Origin: an uncultured Thermomicrobia bacterium | Lineage (GTDB): Bacteria; Chloroflexota; Chloroflexia; Thermomicrobiales; JALYUS01 | Length of the DNA: 64,000 bases | Reading direction: 5' to 3' | Assembly: GCA_937968015.1 (NCBI GenBank) | Contig: CALBSO010000109.1 | Coordinates: forward strand, 82,115-146,114 | Shown: piece by piece, positions 44,368 through 52,696 of the stretch | Layout: each line of letters opens with the position of its first letter | Numbering within the stretch: the stretch's first letter is position 1 | Position numbers and translations under genes: made by a program | The notes under the pieces: model-generated | What the model saw: only the letters and a program-made list of their open reading frames with translations | Told to the model about the DNA's origin: nothing | The model's database searches: none

Positions 44368-45421
44368 ATCATCATGCGATGAGACGGCGGCGGCGGTGAT
44401 CGGCGGCGGCCGGTTCGTCCGCAGCAGCATCATCGCCTCGCAAAATGACCTTCACGCGCGCTATGGCGGGGTCGTGCCCGAACTCGCCTCACGCCGCCAT
44501 GTGACGGAAATTGTGCCCGTCGTGCGCGCGGCGCTCGACGTGGCGGGCTGCACGTTCGACGACCTCGACGCGCTCGCCGTAACGATGGGGCCAGGATTGG
44601 CGGGTTCGCTGCTTGTCGGTGTCAACGTCGCGAAGGGCCTCGCCTATGCGCGGGCGCTGCCGCTGATCGGTGTCAATCATCTTGAAGGGCATCTCTACGC
44701 GAACTGGCTCATCCCGCCGGGAGTCTCAGACCCGCCGGAACCACAGTTTCCCGCTATCGGGCTGATCGTCTCCGGTGGTCACACTCTGCTCGCCCTGATG
44801 ACCGGGCACGGCACGTACCGGCTCCTCGGCAGCACACTCGACGACGCGGCGGGCGAAGCATTCGACAAAGGCGCGCGGCTGCTCGGCCTCGGCTATCCGG
44901 GTGGTCCGGCGATCGCGCGCATGGCGGCGATGGGCGACCCGACGCGCTTCCCGTTCGCCCATGCCCGCACGGACAATCCGTCCGACTTCTCGTTCAGTGG
45001 CATCAAGACCGCGCTGCTGCGCGCGGTCGCGCCATACCGGCTGCGGGATGAACCGGCGGCACAACGGAGCGCGGAAAGCCCATTCGTGACGCACCGCCCG
45101 GTTCACTTGAAGGATGACACGCCCGTCGCGGACCTTGCCGCCGGCTACGAGGAGGCAATCGTCGCGATGCTCGTCGCGCCCGTCGCGCGCGCCGCCCGCG
45201 AGCACGGCGCGGCATCCGTCCTGCTCGCGGGCGGCGTCGCCGCGAACTGCCTGCTGCGGGAGCGGCTCGCGGCTGCCGTGCGCGTGCCGCTTTTCTGCCC
45301 GCCGCCGCTGTACTGCACGGACAATGCGGCGATGATCGGCGCGGCCGCCGAACGTCACTTGCAGGTGGGCGAGTACGCCGGCTGGGATCTCGATGTCCAG
45401 CCGTCGCTACGATTGGTGTAG
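44348..45421 (+). CDS. tsaD: tRNA N6-adenosine threonylcarbamoyltransferase TsaD
   Basis: MDILAIESSCDETAAAV, GVNHLEGH, GGHT and LAGGVAAN are present. Confidence 0.95.
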   Translation: MDILAIESSCDETAAAVIGGGRFVRSSIIASQNDLHARYGGVVPELASRRHVTEIVPVVRAALDVAGCTFDDLDALAVTMGPGLAGSLLVGVNVAKGLAYARALPLIGVNHLEGHLYANWLIPPGVSDPPEPQFPAIGLIVSGGHTLLALMTGHGTYRLLGSTLDDAAGEAFDKGARLLGLGYPGGPAIARMAAMGDPTRFPFAHARTDNPSDFSFSGIKTALLRAVAPYRLRDEPAAQRSAESPFVTHRPVHLKDDTPVADLAAGYEEAIVAMLVAPVARAAREHGAASVLLAGGVAANCLLRERLAAAVRVPLFCPPPLYCTDNAAMIGAAAERHLQVGEYAGWDLDVQPSLRLV

Positions 45422-45494
45422 CGCATTCGGTCCAGCACCCACAGCGCTCCGACATTGCCCGCGTGCAGCAGCACATCCACGCTGCGGTGAGTCA

Positions 45495-45532
45495 CCCCTT
45501 CCGGGTGCCCTTTGGGCAGTATCGGGAAGGGG
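45495..45532. terminator. nested hairpin between convergent tsaD and HAD genes
   Basis: CCCCTTCC GGG TGCCC TTT GGGCA GTATC GGGAAGGGG: an outer 8-bp stem enclosing an inner 5-bp stem. Confidence 0.5.
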
Positions 45533-45538
45533 CCGGGG

Positions 45539-46252
45539 TTAGGGGTCCAGCCCCGCCACAACCCCCGGCACGTCCGCCAGCGCTCGCACAATGGGATACT
45601 CCTCGCGCTCGTATCGGCGTCGGCGATCAATCAGCACGCCATGCATGCCGACCGCCCGCGCTCCGCCAACATCAGCGACCGCGTTGTCACCGATCTGCAC
45701 GCACTCCTCCGGTCGCGCGTCGAACCAGTGCAGCGCGTAATCGAAAATCGCGCGATGCGGTTTCGATGCGCCGACGCGGGCGGACGTGACAATGTGGTCG
45801 AAATATCCGGTGATGCCCAGGCCATCGCAGAGATCGGGCAGATTCCATGACCAGTTGGAGATGATGCCGAGCCGGTAGCCCGCGCTCCGCAGCGTCTCCA
45901 GTGTCGGGACGGCATCGGGGAAGAGATGGAAGTGCGCGGGCGTCTCGAACTCCTTTTGGAGGTGTTCGAGGATCGTCCGCATCCGCGCATTCATCGGCGC
46001 ACCGGCACGGCGGAGAATTGCCCCGTTGATCTCCTGATAATACCGTTGATCCGCCTCCTCGGTCGCCTCATACGTCATGCGCGACTCGTCCGCGTCGAGC
46101 GCACCGAAGACCTCACGCGTCGCGGCGACCAGCGCGTCATGCTCCACATGGATGCCATGCCGCGCGCACGCGTTGACATAGAGCGTCTCCCATGAGGGAA
46201 GGATCGTCGTCAATGTATCACCCATATCGAAGAAGACGACTCGGATACTCAT
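45539..46252 (-). CDS. HAD-superfamily hydrolase (subfamily IA-like)
   Basis: VVFFDMGDTL (DxDxT-type motif I), ISNW (motif II region) and GDNAVADVGGA (motif IV) are present. The ATG overlaps the upstream stop (ATGA on the minus strand). Confidence 0.85.
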   Translation of the reverse strand: MSIRVVFFDMGDTLTTILPSWETLYVNACARHGIHVEHDALVAATREVFGALDADESRMTYEATEEADQRYYQEINGAILRRAGAPMNARMRTILEHLQKEFETPAHFHLFPDAVPTLETLRSAGYRLGIISNWSWNLPDLCDGLGITGYFDHIVTSARVGASKPHRAIFDYALHWFDARPEECVQIGDNAVADVGGARAVGMHGVLIDRRRRYEREEYPIVRALADVPGVVAGLDP

Positions 46253-47544
46253 GCTGCGTCATATCCCCCGAGAGCAAGGATGAGCAGGAGCAATTGCTGG
46301 AGGCCCTTCGGGATCGTTGAGATGCGGATGAACTCCTCCAGACGATGCGCGTTGCCGCCCTCCGCGATACCGATGCAGACGGCAGGGATGCCGAGGCCAA
46401 TCGGCACATTGGCGTCCGTGCTGCTCGCGTCAAGCGTCGGTGAGATGCCGAGGGCGCGCAACGTCTCCATGCATGTCCGCACAATCGGCGCGTCGGCGGG
46501 GAGGTCGCCCGCCGGACGGTCGCCAAGGATCTCCGCCGTCACCTGCACATCCGCGATGTGGACGGCGCGGACAGCGCGCTCGACCTGCGCGGCGAGCCGT
46601 TCGAGGTTCGCCTGCGAGATCGAGCGGAGGTCCACAAGGGTCGAGGCGGTCGGGGCGATCGTGTTGACAGAAACGCCGCCCTCGATCGTGCCGATGGAGA
46701 GCGACGTTTTTGGCGTGGTGGGAATTGGCAGCGCGACGAGATCGGTAATGAGTTTGGCGAGAATGTGGATGGCGTTCGGGCGGCCATAGTTGCCCCATGA
46801 GTGACCGCCCGGCCCCTGCACACTGATCCGGTAGCGGCGGCTGCCGACAGCGCGATGCGTCACGCGGCCGAGGTTGTGCCCCTCGACAGCGACGACCGCG
46901 CCGAGGTGATCGCGATACGTGCGGACTGCCTCACGCATCCCGCGCAGGTCGCCCAGCCCTTCCTCACCGACATCCGCGACGAAGAGCACGTCGCCCGCCA
47001 TCGGCACGTCGAGTGTCGTCAGAAGCCGGGCGGCGGTGAGCATCGCCGCAACGCCGAGGCTATTGTCGCCGACACCGGGGCCAGCGATCCGCTCTGTCGT
47101 CCGGCGGACCGTGAGGTCCGTTTCGGCGGGGAAGACGGTATCAGTGTGTGCGGCGATCATGACCGTTGGGCCATTGCCGCTGCCCGGTCGCCGCCCAATC
47201 GTATTGCCGACGTCGTCCGTCCGCACGTCCGCGAGGTCAATGGCGCGCATCTCCTGGGCGACGAATGCGGCACGCTCCGCCTCCGCGCCCGTCGGGGCGG
47301 GAATCTGGGCGATGCGTGCGGTCAGGGCGATAGTATCAGCTAATGCAACTTTCGCCCGGCCCAGGAGCCGCTCGATTTCCGGCCGGGTGAGGAGATGATC
47401 AATCGTCGGAGTGATAGCGCTGATGGCTGGTGCCTCTTTCTTCGTTGAATTGGCCCCGACACGGCGGGCGCTCCGCTGCACCCCGCACGCAGTATAGCGC
47501 ACCGCATCGGCATCAATGCCAGGCGGTGCGCGCGGAACGGACAA
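46249..47544 (-). CDS. M20 family metallopeptidase (ArgE/DapE/PepT-like)
   Basis: IAAHTDTVF, GVGDNSLG, DVGEEGLGD and the dimerisation-domain region are present. The TTG start at 47544 (9 nt after GGGAGAG) is uncertain. Confidence 0.8.
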   Translation of the reverse strand: MSVPRAPPGIDADAVRYTACGVQRSARRVGANSTKKEAPAISAITPTIDHLLTRPEIERLLGRAKVALADTIALTARIAQIPAPTGAEAERAAFVAQEMRAIDLADVRTDDVGNTIGRRPGSGNGPTVMIAAHTDTVFPAETDLTVRRTTERIAGPGVGDNSLGVAAMLTAARLLTTLDVPMAGDVLFVADVGEEGLGDLRGMREAVRTYRDHLGAVVAVEGHNLGRVTHRAVGSRRYRISVQGPGGHSWGNYGRPNAIHILAKLITDLVALPIPTTPKTSLSIGTIEGGVSVNTIAPTASTLVDLRSISQANLERLAAQVERAVRAVHIADVQVTAEILGDRPAGDLPADAPIVRTCMETLRALGISPTLDASSTDANVPIGLGIPAVCIGIAEGGNAHRLEEFIRISTIPKGLQQLLLLILALGGYDAA

Positions 47545-47910
47545 GGTTATCGGCTCTCCCAGGGTGTTCGTGATGCGGTACCAGATCGTGGGATTGCCCG
47601 GCTCACCAATCCGTTACCAGCCTCGCTGCGTCTTCACTAGTGCGGCGTCGCGCCCCTCGTGTTTTGCCGCCGCGCGTCGAAAGGAGCCCGATCATGGCAA
47701 TGCTCGCGTTTGCGCTCCCACTCACCCCGCAGAGAACGGAGGAATGGCAACAGTTCTGCGCGGAGATGGCGAGGCCCGTCTTCGATGTGCTCGGCGGCTG
47801 AGGCAACGATCCGTGCCGCCTCCCTGAGGTGACGGGAGAAGGATACGGCGGTTCCTATCGTCACTCTCCGTCACCGCCACGTCCTGTCAGGAGTCGGAGG
47901 AGGAACACAG

Positions 47911-48402
47911 ATGGGCAAGCGAGCTATCTTTGTGCTGATGACCTTGGTCATCAGCAGTGTTGCCAATCCGGTCGGCGTCGCTGCGCAGTCAGACCCGGCC
48001 ACCGTCTATCGGCAGTTCATCGATGCCATCAATCGCGGTGACCTGTCGGCGATCAGCGCACTCGTCACCGACGATGCGGTGCTGGTCGTCGCCGACTGCC
48101 AGCCGTGCGTCGGCAGGCAGGCGATCGTCGCGTCCTATGTGCGGCAGATCCGCGACCATGTGCACGTGAATATCGTGTCGCTTCAGCAAACGGGCCAAAC
48201 GGTCGTGGCACGCACCGAGGTACGCAGTGTGCCGATCGCCGCGGCAGGCGTCGAGCGCATCGTCCTCACGGCAACGGCAGTGATTCGCGACAACCAAATC
48301 GCATCTGATCGCACCATTCCCGACCTCAACGACGCGCAAACCGCGACATTCATTCGGGCAGTAACGATGCGCTTCTTCATCCGCCGTCTCGGCGATGGAT
48401 GA
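47911..48402 (+). CDS. secreted SnoaL-like / NTF2-fold protein
   Basis: Signal peptide MGKRAIFVLMTLVISSVANPVGVAAQ, then VYRQFIDAINRGDLSAISALVTDDAVLVV, a typical SnoaL-like opening. GGAGGAGGA SD. Confidence 0.7.
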   Translation: MGKRAIFVLMTLVISSVANPVGVAAQSDPATVYRQFIDAINRGDLSAISALVTDDAVLVVADCQPCVGRQAIVASYVRQIRDHVHVNIVSLQQTGQTVVARTEVRSVPIAAAGVERIVLTATAVIRDNQIASDRTIPDLNDAQTATFIRAVTMRFFIRRLGDG

Positions 48403-48658
48403 GCAGCGACGCAGCCTGCACGCACCGGATCGCGTATCGCTCGCGCGGTATGCCTGCCAACGCGAATGCACACCGGTCGGGCCGCCTCCGACATAGACCT
48501 GCTCATGCAGCGGCTTCATGTCTATGGCAAGGCGAGCGCGACGCTCAATGAAAGGGATTAGACTGTTCATTGGCGAATAATACCGCAGTTCGGTTGCTCA
48601 CAGAGGGTTCACCAAACCGTAGGAAGAGCCCCGACCAATGGCGGACAAGAACGAGGGG

Positions 48659-48684
48659 GCGCACCGGCGGGGAGGCCGGTGCGC
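48659..48684 (-). terminator. perfect 10-bp GC hairpin downstream of the VOC gene
   Basis: GCGCACCGGC-GGGGAG-GCCGGTGCGC, about 40 nt after the minus-strand stop at 48726. The trailing tract is poor in U. Confidence 0.55.
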
Positions 48685-48725
48685 TTGGGGAGGGGGAAGG
48701 GAGGAATGTACGGGGAATAAAGCGG

Positions 48726-49112
48726 TCAGTCCGCGAAGAGCTCGTGAATATTGCCGTCCGGGTCGGCGAAAAAGGCGGTGCGCTGCCCCCAGGGCATCGT
48801 CGCGGGCGGTTGGACGGGCGTCGCGCCGTTTGCGGTGATTTCCGCGTACGCGCGATCCACGTCGTCCCGCGTCGGCAACGGGAAGGCGAGTTCAAAGGCT
48901 TGCCCGCGCGTCGGCTCACTGAAGCGGGGATCGTGCGTCGTCTCCGCGAGGATTGCGCGGCCGCACACGGCGAACCGAACGCCCTCGCTGCGGAATTCGG
49001 TGTAGTTATCTATCGGATTCTCCGCCACAAAGCCGAGCACATCCCGGTAGAATGCGACGAGCCGGGGCACGTCATCGGTGAGGATCGTGATGAGTGCGAT
49101 TTTGCCTTCCAT
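48726..49112 (-). CDS. VOC family protein (glyoxalase/bleomycin-resistance/dioxygenase fold)
   Basis: ILTDDVPRLVAFYRDVLGF...FELAFPL...MPWGQRTAFFADPDGNIHELF is the glyoxalase/BRP pattern. An alternative start at 49199 would abut the stop of the upstream small ORF (TAGATG). Confidence 0.8.
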   Translation of the reverse strand: MEGKIALITILTDDVPRLVAFYRDVLGFVAENPIDNYTEFRSEGVRFAVCGRAILAETTHDPRFSEPTRGQAFELAFPLPTRDDVDRAYAEITANGATPVQPPATMPWGQRTAFFADPDGNIHELFAD

Positions 49113-49199
49113 ACTGCCGACCTTTCGCACGGCGCCGGTGGAGGCCGGCTCCAACCCTAAGAGCGCCAACACGTTGAAACCCACTGCGACCGCGTCCAT

Positions 49200-49427
49200 C
49201 TACACGGCCCGCCGCATCTCGAACGCGGTACCGACGTGCGCCGCGCCACCGAACGCTTCTAAGCGCCGCCCGATGCGCACGAGGATGCTCCCTGTCCATG
49301 CCGCACAGCGCGAGAAATAGGCGCGCCGCACGCCGACCGTGTGGAGTAGCCGCTCTTTCTCGGCCGCTGCGATGCGTTCTTCGATGTAGAGACGCGACAG
49401 TGCCAACGCTCGCTGATCATCCACCAT
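49200..49427 (-). CDS. 75-aa hypothetical protein behind an SOS-box promoter
   Basis: The ORF has GAGGAGG 9 nt upstream of its ATG and a TTGACA-17-TATACT promoter about 45 nt upstream. I recognise no family from the sequence (MVDDQRALALSRLYIEERIAAAEKERLLH...). Confidence 0.5.
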   Translation of the reverse strand: MVDDQRALALSRLYIEERIAAAEKERLLHTVGVRRAYFSRCAAWTGSILVRIGRRLEAFGGAAHVGTAFEMRRAV

Positions 49428-49473
49428 TTCGCGTTACCTCCTCTGCGGTGTCGGTGCTGCGTATCCGAGTTAC

Positions 49474-49502
49474 AGTATAGAACATACGTTCTCCAATGTC
49501 AA
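49474..49502 (-). promoter_or_regulatory. near-consensus promoter TTGACA-17-TATACT with embedded LexA (Cheo-type) box
   Basis: The minus strand reads TTGACA TTGGAGAACGTATGTTC TATACT. The spacer contains GAAC-N4-GTTC (AGAACATACGTTCT at 49479-49492 on the plus strand). Confidence 0.7.
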
Positions 49503-49513
49503 GTCTTTTGCTC

Positions 49514-49523
49514 CGTACGTACG
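49514..49523. promoter_or_regulatory. perfect 10-bp palindrome CGTACGTACG between divergent promoters
   Basis: Read directly. It lies 11 nt beyond the -35 of the minus-strand promoter and about 70 nt upstream of the yceD -35. Confidence 0.5.
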
Positions 49524-49591
49524 CAGAGAAAGTCTGCATTCGCGGCAGCGATTTTGTGGCGTCTGATCGGCAAATTAGTGGGCGACAGCAT

Positions 49592-49620
49592 TTGCGAAAC
49601 GATGCGTAAGGCGTTATACT
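49592..49620 (+). promoter_or_regulatory. promoter TTGCGA-17-TATACT for yceD-rpmF
   Basis: TTGCGA at 49592-49597, a 17-nt spacer, and TATACT at 49615-49620. The leader to ATG 49710 is about 83 nt. Confidence 0.65.
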
Positions 49621-49709
49621 TTGTCGGTTTAATCACGCGCTCGCCGGGCGGTATCCGCGGGGTGAAGCGGTAGACGGGTGGGCTGTGTCCCGGCGCCCGG
49701 AGGCAAACG

Positions 49710-50249
49710 ATGCCAGAATCAGCGGAACATCTCACCGATACGACGATCAATGTCGTGGACTATCTGAAGAGCGATGCGATGGGACGGACGCGGCGGTACG
49801 TCCTCGATGTCCCGTCACTTGAACTCGATCGCGATTTAGTCGCGCGAGATCTCCACGCGGAGTTCCGGCTGCTGCGCGTCGGCGCGGGCGTGCTCGCCGA
49901 AGGCGCCGTGCGCGCGCTTGTTGATCTGGAATGCGTGCGGACGCTGGACATCTTCGCGCAGCCCGTCGAGGCGGAGTTCGCCGAGCAGTTCCGCCCGACG
50001 ATTGACCTCGCTACCGGCCGAGCGATCGAGTACGAAGACGACCCCGACGATGCCCCGGAGGTCTTTCCGGTCAGCGATAATCACGAGATTGATCTGCGCG
50101 AGCCGCTCAGGCAGGTGATCCTCGTCGAGTTGCCGATGCAGCCGGTCAAGCCGGGTACCGAACCGGTTATCCTCGACGAAACGGCGCCCGATGAGGCAGC
50201 CAATCCGTTTGCCGTCCTCGAAACACTCTTGCGGGATGAACATGAATAG
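49710..50249 (+). CDS. yceD: YceD/DUF177 family protein (large-subunit rRNA accumulation)
   Basis: C-terminal EIDLREPLRQVILVELPMQPV, an acidic tail, and the conserved position directly upstream of rpmF. Confidence 0.85.
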   Translation: MPESAEHLTDTTINVVDYLKSDAMGRTRRYVLDVPSLELDRDLVARDLHAEFRLLRVGAGVLAEGAVRALVDLECVRTLDIFAQPVEAEFAEQFRPTIDLATGRAIEYEDDPDDAPEVFPVSDNHEIDLREPLRQVILVELPMQPVKPGTEPVILDETAPDEAANPFAVLETLLRDEHE

Positions 50250-50335
50250 GCTATCATGCCCGGACGAAAGGCGATTGACGCGGACACCCGCGTACTGAAC
50301 GTGGGTCTTCGTTGCGACGATAGGAGAGCAAGCGC

Positions 50336-50539
50336 ATGGGAGCCGTACCGAAGTTTCGTAGTTCGCGCGGGAAGCGCGGCTCACGCCGCAGCCACGATCA
50401 CATCGCGCCCGTACATCTCGTCGTCTGCCCGAGTTGCCGCTCGTACATGCGCTCGCACCATGTCTGTCCGACCTGCGGCCAGTATCGCGGCAACCAGATC
50501 ATCGAGATCAAACAGCGCACACGCCGCGCGGAGCGATAG
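50336..50539 (+). CDS. rpmF: 50S ribosomal protein L32 (bL32), zinc-ribbon form
   Basis: MGAVPKFRSSRGKRGSRRSHD...CPSCRSYMRSHHVCPTCG. Confidence 0.95.
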   Translation: MGAVPKFRSSRGKRGSRRSHDHIAPVHLVVCPSCRSYMRSHHVCPTCGQYRGNQIIEIKQRTRRAER

Positions 50540-50569
50540 CCTCCGCTGCATCATGCAAAGCGAATGGAA

Positions 50570-50604
50570 AGCGGGAGCGGTTTTCGCCGCTCCCGCTTTT
50601 GCTT
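50570..50604 (+). terminator. strong rho-independent terminator after rpmF
   Basis: AGCGGGAGCGG-TTTTCG-CCGCTCCCGCT followed by TTTGCTT: an 11-bp stem, preceded by AAA, 30 nt after the rpmF stop. Confidence 0.85.
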
Positions 50605-50650
50605 CCCCACCGCTGAACCGCTGAGGAGCGCGCGAATCGGTGTGGTGGTT

Positions 50651-50659
50651 TGGTATGCT
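50651..50659 (+). promoter_or_regulatory. extended -10 element TGgTATGCT upstream of fabH
   Basis: It lies between the rpmF terminator and the fabH ATG. No good -35. Confidence 0.3.
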
Positions 50660-50701
50660 ACGCGGAGCGGCGACAGAGCGATCGGGAAGGGGCGCGCGGG
50701 C

Positions 50702-51724
50702 ATGGCAGAACAATGCGAGCGGTATGCGGCGATCATCGGGTGGGGCCACTATGTGCCCGAACATGTCCTGACGAACGCCGATCTCGAACAGATGGTGGAG
50801 ACGAACAACGAATGGATCATGTCCCGTACCGGCATCCGCGAGCGACGCGTCGCCGCGCCGGACGAGACAACCGCGACGCTCGGCGCGAGCGCGGCTCGCA
50901 AGGCACTCGCCGTCGCGCATCTCGATCCCTCCGATCTCGACCTGATTATGGTTGCCACCGCCACACCGGACTATTTCTTTCCGAGCACGGCGTGCGTCGT
51001 CCAGAGTCTACTCGGCGTGACGCGTATCCCGGCATTCGACATCGGCGCCGCCTGCTCCGGCTTCATCTACGCCCTCGCCACCGCGACGCAGTTCATCCGC
51101 ACCGGCGTCTACTCCCGCATCCTCGTGATCGGTGCGGAGACGCTGACCCGCCTGACCGACTACACCGACCGCCGCACCTGCGTCCTCTTTGGCGATGGTG
51201 CGGGCGCGGTTGTCCTCGAAGCGACCGACCAGCGGCGCGGCCTGCTCTCACTGACGCTTGGTGCGGATGGCAGCGGCGGCGACCTCCTGAGAGCGCCCGG
51301 CGGGGGTTTTACGTTACCCGTGACGCAGGAGATCATTGATCGGCGCGCCCAGTACATCACCATGGAGGGTTCCGAGGTCTTCAAATTCGCCGTGCGGACG
51401 ATGGGAGATGCGGCGATTGAGGCAATCGCGCGGGCCGGCATGCACTTCCGCGAGATTGATATGCTCATCCCCCACCAGGCGAACCTGCGGATCATCGAGG
51501 CGACGGCGAAGCGGCTCGACCTACCGCGCGATCGCGTCTGGGTCAATATTGACAGGTACGGCAACACATCCGCCGCGACAATCCCGATCTCCATCTCCGA
51601 GGCATCCGACCGAGGGTTACTGCACGAAGGGGCGAACTTGCTGCTCGTCGCCTTCGGTGGCGGCCTGACATGGGGCGCGTCAGTCATCCGCTGGGGCCGG
51701 GGCGCCGAGGGAGGGGGCGGATGA
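50702..51724 (+). CDS. fabH: 3-oxoacyl-ACP synthase III
   Basis: DIGAACSGFIYAL (active Cys), IPHQANLRII and YGNTSAATIP are present. The track start at 50564 would read through a strong terminator hairpin, so ATG 50702 was chosen. Confidence 0.92.
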   Translation: MAEQCERYAAIIGWGHYVPEHVLTNADLEQMVETNNEWIMSRTGIRERRVAAPDETTATLGASAARKALAVAHLDPSDLDLIMVATATPDYFFPSTACVVQSLLGVTRIPAFDIGAACSGFIYALATATQFIRTGVYSRILVIGAETLTRLTDYTDRRTCVLFGDGAGAVVLEATDQRRGLLSLTLGADGSGGDLLRAPGGGFTLPVTQEIIDRRAQYITMEGSEVFKFAVRTMGDAAIEAIARAGMHFREIDMLIPHQANLRIIEATAKRLDLPRDRVWVNIDRYGNTSAATIPISISEASDRGLLHEGANLLLVAFGGGLTWGASVIRWGRGAEGGGG

Positions 51725-52614
51725 CGGCGACGGCATGGGTCTTTCCGGGGCAGGGGTCGCAATCCGTCGGCATGGGCAAAGCGCTCGCCGACGCCGAACC
51801 CGCGGCGCGGCAGCGGTTCGCGGAGGCGGACGATGCCCTCGGCTTCGCCCTCAGTGAGATCATCTGGAACGGCCCGGACGCCACGCTCCAGCAGACGGAC
51901 ACGCAGCAGCCCGCGATCCTTCTCGTCAGCGTTGTCCAGTTCGAGGCCCTCAAGCGGCGCGGGGAAATGCCGGATGCCGCCTTCGCTGCCGGGCACAGCC
52001 TCGGCCAGTATTCGGCGGCGGTCTGCACCGGCGCCTTACCGTTCGCGGACGCCGTGCGCCTCGTACGACGGCGCGGCCAACTGATGCAGGAGTTCGGGCA
52101 CGGCGCGATGGCCGCTATCCTCGGCATGGAGACGGAGGTGGTGCAGATGCTCGCGGCGGAGGCAGGCGTCGAGGTCGCGAACATTAATGCGCCGGGGCAG
52201 GTGACAATTGCCGGGCGTCGGGCGGATGTCGAGCGTGCCGCCGCGCTCGCGAAAGAACGCGGCGCGCGCCGAGCGATCATGCTCCCTGTCTCAGCGGCCT
52301 TCCACACGTCGCTGATGCACCCTGTTGCCGATGCCCTCACACCGCTCCTCAAAGACGCCGACCTCACCGATCCCGTCGTGCCGATCATGGCGAACGTGGA
52401 TGGTCAGCCCCTCGCCATCGCCGCCGATCTGCGCGCCGAACTGATCAATCACATCTTCTCGCCCGTTCAATGGGTGCGCGCCGTCGAAACGATGCGCGAC
52501 GCGGGCGTTACCGACTACCTCGAAATCGGCCCCGGCAACGTCCTCTCCGGCCTCATCAAACGCACGCAGCAAGAGGCGCGGACGCAGATAAGCGATGCGA
52601 TGCTGGCTCCATAA
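51721..52614 (+). CDS. fabD: malonyl-CoA:ACP transacylase
   Basis: WVFPGQGSQSVGMG and AGHSLGQYSA are present. ATGA overlap with the fabH stop. Confidence 0.93.
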   Translation: MTATAWVFPGQGSQSVGMGKALADAEPAARQRFAEADDALGFALSEIIWNGPDATLQQTDTQQPAILLVSVVQFEALKRRGEMPDAAFAAGHSLGQYSAAVCTGALPFADAVRLVRRRGQLMQEFGHGAMAAILGMETEVVQMLAAEAGVEVANINAPGQVTIAGRRADVERAAALAKERGARRAIMLPVSAAFHTSLMHPVADALTPLLKDADLTDPVVPIMANVDGQPLAIAADLRAELINHIFSPVQWVRAVETMRDAGVTDYLEIGPGNVLSGLIKRTQQEARTQISDAMLAP

Positions 52615-52696
52615 GGTACGGAGGGCAGTTGAACTGCCAAGTGTCTTGATGGTTATAAAGCCGGCATCAAGCGCTCACAAGGATAAAGGAGGATAG

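Noticed and set aside
48403-48570. Minus-strand ORF start MNSLIPFIERRARLAIDMKPLHEQVYVGGGPTGVH (part of 47989..48570-), as a possible FAD-binding oxidoreductase gene or pseudogene.
   Set aside because: Only the VGGGPTG stretch looks dinucleotide-binding. The rest of the 193-aa ORF is antisense to the SnoaL-like gene and reads as nonsense. This is too weak to annotate, although it is possibly a short remnant.
50564-50701. Upstream extension of fabH (track start 50564).
   Set aside because: It would translate through an 11-bp-stem rho-independent terminator. FabH homology begins at ATG 50702.
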